NCBI RefSeq assembly: GCF_054482595.1
Contig: NZ_JBTHVH010000004.1
Direction: 5' to 3' (one strand)
DNA: 64,000 nt
Origin: a plasmid
Made by a program: the position numbers and the translations under genes
Shown here: one piece after another, positions 9,596-21,502 of the stretch
Numbering within the stretch: position 1 is the first letter of the stretch
Layout of the letters: each line of letters begins with the position of its first letter
The notes under the pieces: generated by a model
The model's input: only the letters and a program-made list of their open reading frames with translations
Databases searched by the model: none
What the model was told of the DNA's origin: nothing

Positions 9596-9716
9596 ATGAA
9601 AACCGCCACTGCGCCGTTACCACCGCTGCGTTCGGTCAAGGTTCTGGACCAGTTGCGTGAGCGCATACGCTACTTGCATTACAGCTTACGAACCGAACAG
9701 GCTTATGTCCACTGGG
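9596..9716 (+). pseudogene. intI1: intI1, first 40 codons only (truncated by IS26)
   Basis: ATGAAAACCGCCACTGCGCCGTTACCACCG... identical to the start of the intI1 copy at 43780. Confidence 0.9.
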
Positions 9717-10536
9717 GGCACTGTTGCAAATAGTCGGTGGTGATAAACTTATCATCCCCTTTTGCTGATGGAGCTGCACATGAACCCATTCAAAGGCCGG
9801 CATTTTCAGCGTGACATCATTCTGTGGGCCGTACGCTGGTACTGCAAATACGGCATCAGTTACCGTGAGCTGCAGGAGATGCTGGCTGAACGCGGAGTGA
9901 ATGTCGATCACTCCACGATTTACCGCTGGGTTCAGCGTTATGCGCCTGAAATGGAAAAACGGCTGCGCTGGTACTGGCGTAACCCTTCCGATCTTTGCCC
10001 GTGGCACATGGATGAAACCTACGTGAAGGTCAATGGCCGCTGGGCGTATCTGTACCGGGCCGTCGACAGCCGGGGCCGCACTGTCGATTTTTATCTCTCC
10101 TCCCGTCGTAACAGCAAAGCTGCATACCGGTTTCTGGGTAAAATCCTCAACAACGTGAAGAAGTGGCAGATCCCGCGATTCATCAACACGGATAAAGCGC
10201 CCGCCTATGGTCGCGCGCTTGCTCTGCTCAAACGCGAAGGCCGGTGCCCGTCTGACGTTGAACACCGACAGATTAAGTACCGGAACAACGTGATTGAATG
10301 CGATCATGGCAAACTGAAACGGATAATCGGCGCCACGCTGGGATTTAAATCCATGAAGACGGCTTACGCCACCATCAAAGGTATTGAGGTGATGCGTGCA
10401 CTACGCAAAGGCCAGGCCTCAGCATTTTATTATGGTGATCCCCTGGGCGAAATGCGCCTGGTAAGCAGAGTTTTTGAAATGTAAGGCCTTTGAATAAGAC
10501 AAAAGGCTGCCTCATCGCTAACTTTGCAACAGTGCC
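9717..10536 (+). mobile_element. IS26 copy 2
   Basis: 820 bp with IS26 terminal IRs. Confidence 0.97.
9780..10484 (+). CDS. tnp26: IS26 transposase Tnp26
   Basis: 234 aa MNPFKGRHF... Confidence 0.95.
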   Translation: MNPFKGRHFQRDIILWAVRWYCKYGISYRELQEMLAERGVNVDHSTIYRWVQRYAPEMEKRLRWYWRNPSDLCPWHMDETYVKVNGRWAYLYRAVDSRGRTVDFYLSSRRNSKAAYRFLGKILNNVKKWQIPRFINTDKAPAYGRALALLKREGRCPSDVEHRQIKYRNNVIECDHGKLKRIIGATLGFKSMKTAYATIKGIEVMRALRKGQASAFYYGDPLGEMRLVSRVFEM

Positions 10537-10964
10537 GTAAAGGCGGCCTTATCCACCATTTCCCGAACAAGCAGGCGCTAATATTCGCCCTGTTCGCGCG
10601 TCTGCTGGCAATCATGGAAGAAGCGATTACCGCGCTGATGCAACAGGATGGCGTGAGCTATGGCCGGTTTACCCGCGCCTATCTGAACTATCTGGCGGAT
10701 CTCACGGACACCCATGAAAGCCGCCAGCTTATGGTTTTGTCGCTGGCAATGCCCGATGAACCGGTGCTGCGCAAATGCTGGCGCGACTGGATGCTGGAGA
10801 AACTGGCGCAGGGCGATGAGCTGGATAACAGCCCAACCGGCACGCTGGTGCGCTACGCCGCTGACGGCATCTGGCTTTCGGAGTTGACGGAAGGGATCAC
10901 CATGAGCGCCGACCACCGTCGCGCGCTGGTTGACTCCCTGAATAAAATGACGCTTCCCGCGTGA
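10537..10964 (+). pseudogene. TetR-family regulator, N-terminal HTH removed by IS26 (delta-orf3 of the fosA3 module)
   Basis: Frame begins at the IS26 junction: ...GGLIHHFPNKQALIFALF... through ...LNKMTLPA. Confidence 0.7.
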
Positions 10965-10983
10965 AGCACAGACTGAGGCCGCG

Positions 10984-11772
10984 ATGCGCTACAACATCAA
11001 TGCCCGTTTTATCTACGACGCCACCGACGGAACCCTGACGCTGCCGCAAAGCGATGAACCGGACAGCCAGCTATCCCTCACCGCCAGCGCCCTGTTTAAC
11101 TATTTTCTGCGCCATACCGAGATTGTCAGCCGGGAAGATGTTCTGAAAAAAGTCTGGGATGACAATGGATTAACCTCATCCAACAGCAATCTGAATCAGT
11201 ATCTCAGCATGCTGCGGAAGACCTTTCGCCATTACGGCGTCGATAACATCATCGTCACCGTCTCGCGCGGCTATTTGCAGCTTAATCCCGAGGTCATTAT
11301 CGAAGCGCTGGACGACGCGCCGCCGGTTTCACCACAACAGACGCCTGCCGAACCGCCGCCCGTTACGACAACGCCAGACGCACCGCGCTCCGCACATGCT
11401 CGCGGGATGTGCTGGTACATGGCCGGAGCCTGCTTGCTCACCATTGCCCTGCTTCTGGTTGCCTTCAGTCTGGTCGGCATCAGTGAATCCCAGCCTATCG
11501 CGCTGACCCGCCTCAGCCATAGCCAGTGCGAACTGCTGGCCAGCGATGAAATGCGACGTTCGGTCAGTGAAGAGTCCTACGGCAAAAACTTCGATGAGGT
11601 ACGCCAGCGGCTGAATATTGCCTGTAAACCCGGTGAACGTTTTCTTTTCTTCTACGGCGATCGGCTCGAAACCAACGGGCTGGGGCGCGTGTTCCTTGCC
11701 CACTGCGCCATGCATGAAGATAACCCGTTCAGCTATTGCGATAACTACTTTTACTACTCCTGGAAGCCGTAA
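10984..11772 (+). CDS. CadC/ToxR-like membrane-anchored winged-helix regulator (orf2 of the fosA3 module)
   Basis: 262-aa ORF with N-terminal OmpR-type DNA-binding region and one hydrophobic segment. Confidence 0.6.
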   Translation: MRYNINARFIYDATDGTLTLPQSDEPDSQLSLTASALFNYFLRHTEIVSREDVLKKVWDDNGLTSSNSNLNQYLSMLRKTFRHYGVDNIIVTVSRGYLQLNPEVIIEALDDAPPVSPQQTPAEPPPVTTTPDAPRSAHARGMCWYMAGACLLTIALLLVAFSLVGISESQPIALTRLSHSQCELLASDEMRRSVSEESYGKNFDEVRQRLNIACKPGERFLFFYGDRLETNGLGRVFLAHCAMHEDNPFSYCDNYFYYSWKP

Positions 11773-12290
11773 TGAGACTCGCGCCGCGTCCGTTCTTTGC
11801 CCTCTGCGTTCTGGTATTTATTGCCGCCGCCGCGTTTAGCGCCTGGCGGCTGCTGCCTGCCGACAACGCGGGTGTCATGAGCTGTTCCACTAAGGGCATC
11901 ATGCGCTTTGAGAACATGGACAAAGAGAACGTTAACGGCAATATTCACTTCAATTTTGGCGCGCAGGGTAAAGGCTCGATGGTGGTCGAAGGTTACACCG
12001 ACTCCGCCGCCGGCTGGCTCTACCTGCAACGCTACGTGAAGTTTACCTACAGCAGCAAACGCATCTCGGCCACCGAGCGTCATTACCGCATCAATCAGTG
12101 GGAATCGAGCGCCTCCTCGATTGATGAATCGCCGAACGTGATTTTCGACTACTTTATGCGCGAGATGTCCGACAGCCACGACGGGCTGTTTCTCAACGCT
12201 CAGAAGCTCAACGAAAAGGCTATCTTGCTCAGCTCTATCAATTCACCGCTGTGGATCTGCACGTTGAAATCCGGCAGTAAGCTGAACTAA
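11772..12290 (+). CDS. Hypothetical exported protein (orf1 of the fosA3 module)
   Basis: 172-aa ORF with N-terminal hydrophobic signal; start overlaps orf2 stop (TAATG). Confidence 0.6.
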   Translation: MRLAPRPFFALCVLVFIAAAAFSAWRLLPADNAGVMSCSTKGIMRFENMDKENVNGNIHFNFGAQGKGSMVVEGYTDSAAGWLYLQRYVKFTYSSKRISATERHYRINQWESSASSIDESPNVIFDYFMREMSDSHDGLFLNAQKLNEKAILLSSINSPLWICTLKSGSKLN

Positions 12291-12294
12291 CCCG

Positions 12295-12711
12295 TCAATC
12301 AAAAAAGACCATCCCCTTGTAGGGGCGTTCGCGACAGGCGGCCAGCCGCTGCGCCAGATTCCCCACATGCAGCTCCAGCTTATGGCCGTCAGGGTCGAGA
12401 AAATAGTAAGACGCCCCTTCACTGCGGTTATCTTTCCATACCTCAGCCCCCGCCTGCGCCAGCAGAGCCACCACCCCGGCAAACTCTTCTTCCGCCACGC
12501 TGAAGGCGTAGTGGGTATAGTCGCTTTCCTGAGGGGGCGTTTTACGCCGCTGCTCATCCAGCGACAAGCACAGCCACAGCGCCCCACAGGAGAGATAGGC
12601 TCCGCTATCCCAGCTGGCGTGCAGGCGCATTCCAGGTAACTGCTGATAAAATGCCAGGCTTGACGCCAGATCGCTGACCGCCAGCGTCAGATGATTCAAT
12701 CCCTGCAGCAT
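12295..12711 (-). CDS. fosA3: Fosfomycin-inactivating glutathione S-transferase FosA3
   Basis: 138 aa from [24 protein letters not shown]... to ...[12 protein letters not shown]; about 320 bp from the downstream IS26. Confidence 0.9.
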   Translation of the reverse strand: MLQGLNHLTLAVSDLASSLAFYQQLPGMRLHASWDSGAYLSCGALWLCLSLDEQRRKTPPQESDYTHYAFSVAEEEFAGVVALLAQAGAEVWKDNRSEGASYYFLDPDGHKLELHVGNLAQRLAACRERPYKGMVFFD

Positions 12712-13033
12712 GACTTTTCCTCCCGTTATCAAACCCTGTTGTAAACTGTGATCGGCGACGCATCCCCTCCCGGCCTCACCTCATCACCGGCTAAAAAGCG
12801 CATTTTTTGCGTTTAGCCTGCCATCGGAAACCTGCGCCTCGCCACACTAATCCCCGCTCTATGTTACCCCTTTTTTGAAATCATTTAGCAATCCAATAAC
12901 ATTTCATCCCCCCGGAAAAAGCGGGCTAAAAATCGCCTTATTGAAGACCAAATCAGCACCGACATTACAGCATAAAGACATAAATAAACGCCCTAAAAAG
13001 ACTAAATCACAGAGCTATATCCTAAATAATTAC

Positions 13034-14594
<1,561 letters not shown>

Positions 14595-14703
14595 CTGTCA
14601 GACCAAGTTTACTCATATATACTTTAGATTGATTTAAAACTTCATTTTTAATTTAAAAGGATCTAGGTGAAGATCCTTTTTGATAATCTCATGACCAAAA
14701 TCC

Positions 14704-14741
14704 CTTAACGTGAGTTTTCGTTCCACTGAGCGTCAGACCCC
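14704..14741. repeat. Tn2/Tn3 38-bp terminal inverted repeat (IRR after blaTEM)
   Basis: CTTAACGTGAGTTTTCGTTCCACTGAGCGTCAGACCCC. Confidence 0.9.
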
Positions 14742-15355
14742 GTATATCGCTTGCTGATTACGTGCAGCTTTCCCTTCAGGCGGGATTCATACAGCGGCCA
14801 GCCATCCGTCATCCATATCACCACGTCAAAGGGTGACAGCAGGCTCAGAAGACGCTCCAGTGTGGCCAGAGTGCGTTCACCGAAAACGTGCGCCACAACT
14901 GTCCTCCGTATCCTGTCATACGCGTAAAACAGCCAGCGCTGACGTGATTTAGCACCGACGTAGCCCCACTGTTCGTCCATTTCAGCGCAGACAATCACAT
15001 CACTGCCCGGTTGTATGCGCGAGGTTACCGACTGCGGCCTGAGTTTTTTAAGTGACGTAAAACCGTGTTGAGGCCAACGCCCATAATGCGGGCAGTTGCC
15101 CGGCATCCAACGCCATTCATGGCCATATCAATGATTTTCTGGTGCGTACCGGGTTGAGAAGCGGTGTAAGTGAACTGCAGTTGCCATGTTTTACGGCAGT
15201 GAGAGCAGAGATAGCGCTGGTGTCCGGCAGTGCTTTTGCCGTTACGCACCACCCCGTCAGTAGCTGAACAGGAGGGACAGCTGATAGAAACAGAAGCCAC
15301 TGGAGCACCTCAAAAACACCATCATACACTAAATCAGTAAGTTGGCAGCATCACC
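14742..15355 (-). mobile_element. IS1, truncated (lacks about 154 bp at the insB end)
   Basis: Internal IS1 sequence begins directly after the Tn2 IR; other end GGTGATGCTGCCAAC at 15341..15355; differs at several positions from the IS1 at 5288. Confidence 0.85.
15025..15300 (-). CDS. insA: IS1 InsA
   Basis: 91-aa [21 protein letters not shown]... Confidence 0.85.
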   Translation of the reverse strand: MASVSISCPSCSATDGVVRNGKSTAGHQRYLCSHCRKTWQLQFTYTASQPGTHQKIIDMAMNGVGCRATARIMGVGLNTVLRHLKNSGRSR

Positions 15356-15401
15356 CGATGCAGCTTTCGTCAATCATGACAGTTATGAGTTTTCCGGTTA
15401 C

Positions 15402-15725
15402 TTATCCATTTTTGCCAGCGTGTTCCGCAACATCTGTTTTACTGTTTACACAGCACTCTTCACGTAAGAATTCGATGATAGCTTCCAGTATTTCGTATTG
15501 AGAGACACACATGAGCGTTCGACTCTCCCGGTTTTGTGTGACGAGCCCTACTGATACCAGGGCTGAAATATGATGACTTAACGTTGATGAGGGAATGCCA
15601 AGCTGCTTTTGCAATTCACCTACAGGCAAACCTTGTTCTCCAGCTTTTACAAGATGTTTGAATATGAACAAACGGGTCGGGTGACCCAGCTCTTTTAGTG
15701 CTTTAGCTACTTCTTCCAGTTGCAT
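15402..15725 (-). CDS. arsR: ArsR/SmtB-family metalloregulator
   Basis: 107-aa ORF with HTH ...ELGHPTRLFIFKHL...VGELQKQLGIPSSTLSHHISAL... Confidence 0.7.
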   Translation of the reverse strand: MQLEEVAKALKELGHPTRLFIFKHLVKAGEQGLPVGELQKQLGIPSSTLSHHISALVSVGLVTQNRESRTLMCVSQYEILEAIIEFLREECCVNSKTDVAEHAGKNG

Positions 15726-15830
15726 GTGACAACCCTCTGTCTAATGATATTTCGATAATACCAGAAATATCTTGACCAGAATTATATTTCGATTATTCTA
15801 GAAACGTAGATTTTGTCAAGAGGGTTTAGT

Positions 15831-16964
15831 ATGAATAGTTGGATTTCTATGCTGCAAGATGCCGCAGAGATGTTTTTGTTTTTGGCCGTCGAGCTATCTT
15901 TGCTGTTTATTGTCATCAGTGCCGGTGTGAGCCTGATAAGGCAAAAGGTCCCGGACCATAAAATCCAGCAATTGATAGGGGCGAAAAAAGGAAAAGGCTA
16001 CCTGCTGGCCTCGTTGTTGGGAGCCGTTACCCCTTTCTGTAGTTGCTCAACAATTCCAATGCTACGAGGGTTGTTGTCGGCGAAAGCAGGGTTTGGTCCG
16101 ACACTCACTTTTTTGTTTGTTTCACCGTTGCTTAATCCCATTATCGTGGGGTTAATGTGGGTTACCTTTGGCTGGAAAGTAACTTTGTTGTACGCGATCA
16201 TCGCTGCCGGTGTCTCAGTCCTTGCCAGTATCGTATTGGATTTACTAGGATTTGAACGTCATATTGTTGATCACAAAAACTCAGCATCAAGTGGTTGCAC
16301 CACGAAATGCGATGATTCCGAAGCTTCGGTAAAAACGTCGGCGGGTTCCAGTTGTTGCAGCACTAGCTCGACTCAATTGCCTTTAAAAACGAGTTGCTGT
16401 ACTTCATCAGCGAACCCCATAATTAACTTAAGGACGGTAAAGAACGAGCAGAACGTATCAGCGTGTTGTTCATCAATATCATCTGAACAACCAGCTGTTA
16501 GCTGTTGCAGCAGCGAGAATCTGGGCAATGTGAATCTCACAACGAATACCACCTCTGGCCCAATAAAGTTAGCTATGAAAGATGCCTTACAGCAGTTTAA
16601 GGATGTTCTGCCTTATCTTTTGTTAAGTGTATTAATAGGTTCATTTATTTATGGCTTTATCCCTTCAGAGTGGATTGCAGCTCATGCCGGAGCAGATAAT
16701 CCCTTAGCCATACCGCTGAGTGCAGTTGTTGGTATTCCGTTGTATATCCGCGCAGAGGCAGTGATACCACTTGCATCAGTGCTGATGACTAAAGGAATGG
16801 GCCTGGGGGCATTAATGGCCTTGATAATCGGTAGTGCTGGAGCGAGTTTGACAGAAGTAATACTGCTTAAATCAATGTTCAGAATGCCTATGATAGTCGC
16901 TTTTCTGACAGTAATCCTGGGTATGGCCATACTTATGGGGTATCTGACCCAATTGCTTTTTTAA
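15831..16964 (+). CDS. ArsP-like permease carrying a Cys/Ser-rich loop
   Basis: ATG at 15831 preceded by AAGAGGG; multi-TM protein with TPFCSCS motif and central SSCCSTSS / TSCCTSS / SACCSS / VSCCSS repeats. Confidence 0.6.
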   Translation: MNSWISMLQDAAEMFLFLAVELSLLFIVISAGVSLIRQKVPDHKIQQLIGAKKGKGYLLASLLGAVTPFCSCSTIPMLRGLLSAKAGFGPTLTFLFVSPLLNPIIVGLMWVTFGWKVTLLYAIIAAGVSVLASIVLDLLGFERHIVDHKNSASSGCTTKCDDSEASVKTSAGSSCCSTSSTQLPLKTSCCTSSANPIINLRTVKNEQNVSACCSSISSEQPAVSCCSSENLGNVNLTTNTTSGPIKLAMKDALQQFKDVLPYLLLSVLIGSFIYGFIPSEWIAAHAGADNPLAIPLSAVVGIPLYIRAEAVIPLASVLMTKGMGLGALMALIIGSAGASLTEVILLKSMFRMPMIVAFLTVILGMAILMGYLTQLLF

Positions 16965-16988
16965 TAATAATAGTAAGGGTCTTCTGGT

Positions 16989-17808
16989 GGCACTGTTGCA
17001 AATAGTCGGTGGTGATAAACTTATCATCCCCTTTTGCTGATGGAGCTGCACATGAACCCATTCAAAGGCCGGCATTTTCAGCGTGACATCATTCTGTGGG
17101 CCGTACGCTGGTACTGCAAATACGGCATCAGTTACCGTGAGCTGCAGGAGATGCTGGCTGAACGCGGAGTGAATGTCGATCACTCCACGATTTACCGCTG
17201 GGTTCAGCGTTATGCGCCTGAAATGGAAAAACGGCTGCGCTGGTACTGGCGTAACCCTTCCGATCTTTGCCCGTGGCACATGGATGAAACCTACGTGAAG
17301 GTCAATGGCCGCTGGGCGTATCTGTACCGGGCCGTCGACAGCCGGGGCCGCACTGTCGATTTTTATCTCTCCTCCCGTCGTAACAGCAAAGCTGCATACC
17401 GGTTTCTGGGTAAAATCCTCAACAACGTGAAGAAGTGGCAGATCCCGCGATTCATCAACACGGATAAAGCGCCCGCCTATGGTCGCGCGCTTGCTCTGCT
17501 CAAACGCGAAGGCCGGTGCCCGTCTGACGTTGAACACCGACAGATTAAGTACCGGAACAACGTGATTGAATGCGATCATGGCAAACTGAAACGGATAATC
17601 GGCGCCACGCTGGGATTTAAATCCATGAAGACGGCTTACGCCACCATCAAAGGTATTGAGGTGATGCGTGCACTACGCAAAGGCCAGGCCTCAGCATTTT
17701 ATTATGGTGATCCCCTGGGCGAAATGCGCCTGGTAAGCAGAGTTTTTGAAATGTAAGGCCTTTGAATAAGACAAAAGGCTGCCTCATCGCTAACTTTGCA
17801 ACAGTGCC
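16989..17808 (+). mobile_element. IS26 copy 4
   Basis: 820 bp with IS26 terminal IRs. Confidence 0.97.
17052..17756 (+). CDS. tnp26: IS26 transposase Tnp26
   Basis: 234 aa MNPFKGRHF... Confidence 0.95.
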   Translation: MNPFKGRHFQRDIILWAVRWYCKYGISYRELQEMLAERGVNVDHSTIYRWVQRYAPEMEKRLRWYWRNPSDLCPWHMDETYVKVNGRWAYLYRAVDSRGRTVDFYLSSRRNSKAAYRFLGKILNNVKKWQIPRFINTDKAPAYGRALALLKREGRCPSDVEHRQIKYRNNVIECDHGKLKRIIGATLGFKSMKTAYATIKGIEVMRALRKGQASAFYYGDPLGEMRLVSRVFEM

Positions 17809-17919
17809 CTTCTGGTTTCATGTTGAACAAAGAAGACCCTTTAGCTTCTGTAATCCATTTAATCAGTCTGAATGAAATAGATTATAAATTCTGCTCTGCA
17901 TACCTGCTTAACCAAAGTC

Positions 17920-18225
17920 TCATGATTCTGATTGTCGGTACAGTGCCTGAATGTGGCATATCTGGGAGGTGCTGTACCCTGTTGCATCTGCCGTTTCTTT
18001 CTTGACCTGCCGGTAGTAAAGTACCTTTTGATGCCGTTCCTGAGCGACCTGTTTTCCCTGATATTTACCCAGCGTATGTGCGAGTTCAACTCCCTGCTTT
18101 TGGCGCTGGCGGTCAATTTGCTCGACCAGCAAAATATCATTGCGGTGACTGTCCATCAGTAAGCGACCCAGTTCCGGTCGGTCAAGTTTTGTACCGCTGA
18201 TATTCTCCCGGTAGTAACTGGCTAT
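17920..18225 (-). pseudogene. Serine resolvase (TnpR-like) remnant, degenerate
   Basis: Minus-strand frame ...ISGTKLDRPELGRLLMDSHRNDILLVEQIDR... resembles the resolvase catalytic core but has no start codon or catalytic-serine region; divergent from the adjacent tnpA. Confidence 0.45.
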
Positions 18226-18491
18226 TTTATGCCCCCGCTCCTAAACAAACTGCTCCAGCATCTCTTTTGCCCGATCGGTGAACTGATCTTCCGTCTATGC
18301 CCTTAAATAAGTGCTGATGAACATTTTTTCACCGCATTACCGCATTTAGGTTATTGCATTTAATCTATCGCATATAGGCTATGTCGTTCATTGTGTGCCG
18401 TCACGTTTAGATTATGGTGTCAGGGTATACCCTTATGCGATAACCATTTTTGTTAAAAATAACGCATCGAATAATTTATGAGGAAAACTAT

Positions 18492-21479
18492 ATGGCAAGG
18501 AGGCAGATTCTTTCTCTGTCGGAAAGAGAATCATTACTGGCATTACCGGACGATGAGTTAACGCTGACCCGAATGGCCTATTTCAGTGAGCATGATCTGG
18601 CGCTTATCAGTGCTCACCGTAAACCCGCCAGCCGTTTTGGTTTTGCCGTCCTTCTTTGCTATCTGAAAAATGTCGGCTTTGCCCCGGATAAAAAAATCTC
18701 TCCCTCTGATGCGCTGCTGAAGCATATCGCCAGCAGGCTAAAGCTTACCGGGGATCTCTGGCCTGCTTACCTTTCCGGCCGGGATACGACCCTGCGTGAG
18801 CATTTAACCGAACTGTACCGCTATCTTGGCGTAAAGGCGTTCACCGGCAAAATACAGCAGGACTGTATTACGCACCTGTTATCGATGGCGACGCGCACCG
18901 ATAAAGGCATTCTCCTAGCCGAAGAGTTACTTGTCTATCTCCGGCAGAACAACGTGATAATCCCCGCGATTGATGTCGTGGAGCGTACCTGTGCTGAAGT
19001 CATGGCAGGCGGCGATAAAATCGTATTTCAGACCCTGAATGCCCCGTTAACTCCGGCTCACAGGGATGCCCTGGATCATTTACTTGAGTCATCAGATAAT
19101 CAGCCTTCCAGGCTGACATGGCTTCTGCAACCGCCGGGTAAAATCAATGGTAAGAACGTGCTGCAACATCTTGATCGGCTCAGCAGCATTGAATCGCTGG
19201 CATTACCTGAAGGTATAGATCGTACCATTCACCAGAACCGGTTGCTGAAACTGGCGCGGGAAGGCCGAAAGATGAGTAGCCGGGATTTGACCCGATTTTC
19301 AGCTGCCCGGCGTCATGCGATCCTGGTGTGCGTGCTGGAAGAAGCCAGAGCCACACTGACAGACGAAGTGATTGAGCTGCATGAGCGAATGCTGAATAGT
19401 CTTTTCAGCAAAGCCAAACGAACACAGGCTGAGCGCCTTCAGCAGACCGGAAAGCTGATCCAGTCAAAACTGAGGCAGTACATCGATGTCGGTCAGGCGC
19501 TGTCTGATGCCCGTGATTCCGGTGGCGATCCCTGGCTCGCAATAGAAAACATACTCCCATGGGCTGAATTTGTCGCCAGTCTGGATGAAACACGCCATCT
19601 CGCCAGAAAAAATAATTTTGACCCGCTGCATATTATTACCGAGAAATACAGCACATTACGGAAATATGCCCCACGCATGTTGTCCGCTTTACAGTTAGTC
19701 GCAACCCCGGCAGCGCAACCTCTGGCTGATGCACTGGTTGTGATCAAGGATATGTACCGGAAGCAGTCACGTAAAGTTCCGGCGGCAGCGCCGCTTGAGT
19801 TTGTCCCTGAAAGCTGGCGCAAGGTGGTGATTACACCTGTGGGTATTGACCGGCAGTACTATGAGTTTTGTGCACTCAGCGAGCTTAAGGGGGCGTTGCG
19901 CTCCGGGGATATCTGGGTTAAAGGCTCGCGCCGCTACAAAAATTTTGATGATTACCTCATACCCGAGAAGGACTTTGACAAACTCACACCGGCACTGCCA
20001 CTGCCCGTATCTGCTGATTATCATGAGTACATTACCAGCCGTATGACCCTGCTTCAGTCCAGACTTGAAGAGGTCAATGCCATGGCTGCCCTTGGTGAAC
20101 TGCCCGATGTGGAAATATCCGACAGGGGCGTAAAAGTCTCTCCGCTGGATAACTGCGTTCCGGCGCAGGTTTCACCGCTGGCAGAGCTGGTTTACAGCAT
20201 GCTACCGCGACCTAAAATCACGGAAATTCTCGATGAGGTAAACAGCTGGACGACGTTTACCCGACATTTTTCGCATATAAAAAATGACATTACCCGTCCC
20301 GATACCCGCTTGCTCCTCACCACCATTCTTGCGGATGGCATCAATCTTGGCCTGACCAAAATGGCAGAAGCCTGCCCCGGGAGCACCAAATCATCACTCG
20401 AAGATATTCAGGCATGGTACATCCGTGACGAAACCTATTCAGCCGCTCTTGCAGAGCTGGTAAATGCGCAGGGGAAAAGACCGTTGGCGGCATTTTGGGG
20501 AGACGGAACAACGTCATCATCAGATGGACAAAATTTCAGAACCGGCAGCTCAGGCCGCTACGCAGGGCAGGTTAACCCGAAATATGGGCAAGAGCCTGGA
20601 CGTCAGTTTTATACCCATATTTCGGATCAATACAGCCCGTTTTACACCTGCATAATCAGTCGGGTCAGGGATTCAACCCATGTTCTCGATGGCTTGCTGT
20701 ACCACGAAAGCGACCTGGAAATCAGGGAACATTACACCGATACCGCTGGTTTCACCGATCATGTCTTTGCCCTGATGCATCTGTTGGGATTTGCGTTCTG
20801 TCCGCGAATCAGGGATCTCCACGACAAAAAACTGTTTATCAAAGGGAAAGCAGAGAAATACCCGGCGCTTCAGTCACTGATATCAACGACCAGCCTGAAT
20901 CTGAAAGAGATCGAAATCCACTGGCGTGAAGTGCTGCGTCTGGCAACCTCGATAAAGCAGGGAACCGTGACGGCATCCCTGATGCTGAAAAAGCTTGCCA
21001 GCTATCCCAAGCAAAACGGACTTGCCAAAGCACTGAGAGAAATTGGCCGCATTGAGCGAACCCTGTTTATGCTCGACTGGTTCCGCGACCCGGCTCTGCG
21101 TCGGCGGGTACAGGCGGGGCTGAATAAAGGCGAAGCCCGTAACGCGCTGGCGCGTGCGGTATTTATGCACCGACTGGGAGAAATCAGGGACAGAAAACCG
21201 GAAAATCAGAGCTATCGCGCCAGTGGACTGACGCTGCTGACGGCTGCCATATCCCTGTGGAATACCGTCTATATGGAAAGAGCGGTCGATGCCCTGAAGC
21301 GTAAAGGGGTGAAGATCAACGAGCAACTGCTGTCGCATTTGTCGCCGTTGGGCTGGGAACACATCAATCTGACAGGTGATTATATCTGGAAAAGCAACCG
21401 GATACCGGCTTCTGGTAAGTTTCGTCGGCTAAGACCAGCTAAAGTCGAAAGGTCAAAAAACAGCCTTAACGTACAATAA
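18492..21479 (+). CDS. tnpA: Tn3-family transposase TnpA, full length (unnamed element)
   Basis: 995 aa from [19 protein letters not shown]...; Tn3-family motifs throughout; stop overlaps a 38-bp terminal IR. Confidence 0.9.
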   Translation: MARRQILSLSERESLLALPDDELTLTRMAYFSEHDLALISAHRKPASRFGFAVLLCYLKNVGFAPDKKISPSDALLKHIASRLKLTGDLWPAYLSGRDTTLREHLTELYRYLGVKAFTGKIQQDCITHLLSMATRTDKGILLAEELLVYLRQNNVIIPAIDVVERTCAEVMAGGDKIVFQTLNAPLTPAHRDALDHLLESSDNQPSRLTWLLQPPGKINGKNVLQHLDRLSSIESLALPEGIDRTIHQNRLLKLAREGRKMSSRDLTRFSAARRHAILVCVLEEARATLTDEVIELHERMLNSLFSKAKRTQAERLQQTGKLIQSKLRQYIDVGQALSDARDSGGDPWLAIENILPWAEFVASLDETRHLARKNNFDPLHIITEKYSTLRKYAPRMLSALQLVATPAAQPLADALVVIKDMYRKQSRKVPAAAPLEFVPESWRKVVITPVGIDRQYYEFCALSELKGALRSGDIWVKGSRRYKNFDDYLIPEKDFDKLTPALPLPVSADYHEYITSRMTLLQSRLEEVNAMAALGELPDVEISDRGVKVSPLDNCVPAQVSPLAELVYSMLPRPKITEILDEVNSWTTFTRHFSHIKNDITRPDTRLLLTTILADGINLGLTKMAEACPGSTKSSLEDIQAWYIRDETYSAALAELVNAQGKRPLAAFWGDGTTSSSDGQNFRTGSSGRYAGQVNPKYGQEPGRQFYTHISDQYSPFYTCIISRVRDSTHVLDGLLYHESDLEIREHYTDTAGFTDHVFALMHLLGFAFCPRIRDLHDKKLFIKGKAEKYPALQSLISTTSLNLKEIEIHWREVLRLATSIKQGTVTASLMLKKLASYPKQNGLAKALREIGRIERTLFMLDWFRDPALRRRVQAGLNKGEARNALARAVFMHRLGEIRDRKPENQSYRASGLTLLTAAISLWNTVYMERAVDALKRKGVKINEQLLSHLSPLGWEHINLTGDYIWKSNRIPASGKFRRLRPAKVERSKNSLNVQ

Positions 21480-21502
21480 TTTTCGATATCCAAACTGACC
21501 CC
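21465..21502. repeat. 38-bp Tn3-family terminal IR at the tnpA end
   Basis: Reverse complement GGGGTCAGTTTGGATATCGAAAATTATTGTACGTTAAG. Confidence 0.75.

Noticed and set aside
18241-18491. Possible res site between the decayed resolvase and tnpA
   Set aside because: Position is right for a Tn3-family res site but I could not identify resolvase-binding subsites by eye; left uncalled.
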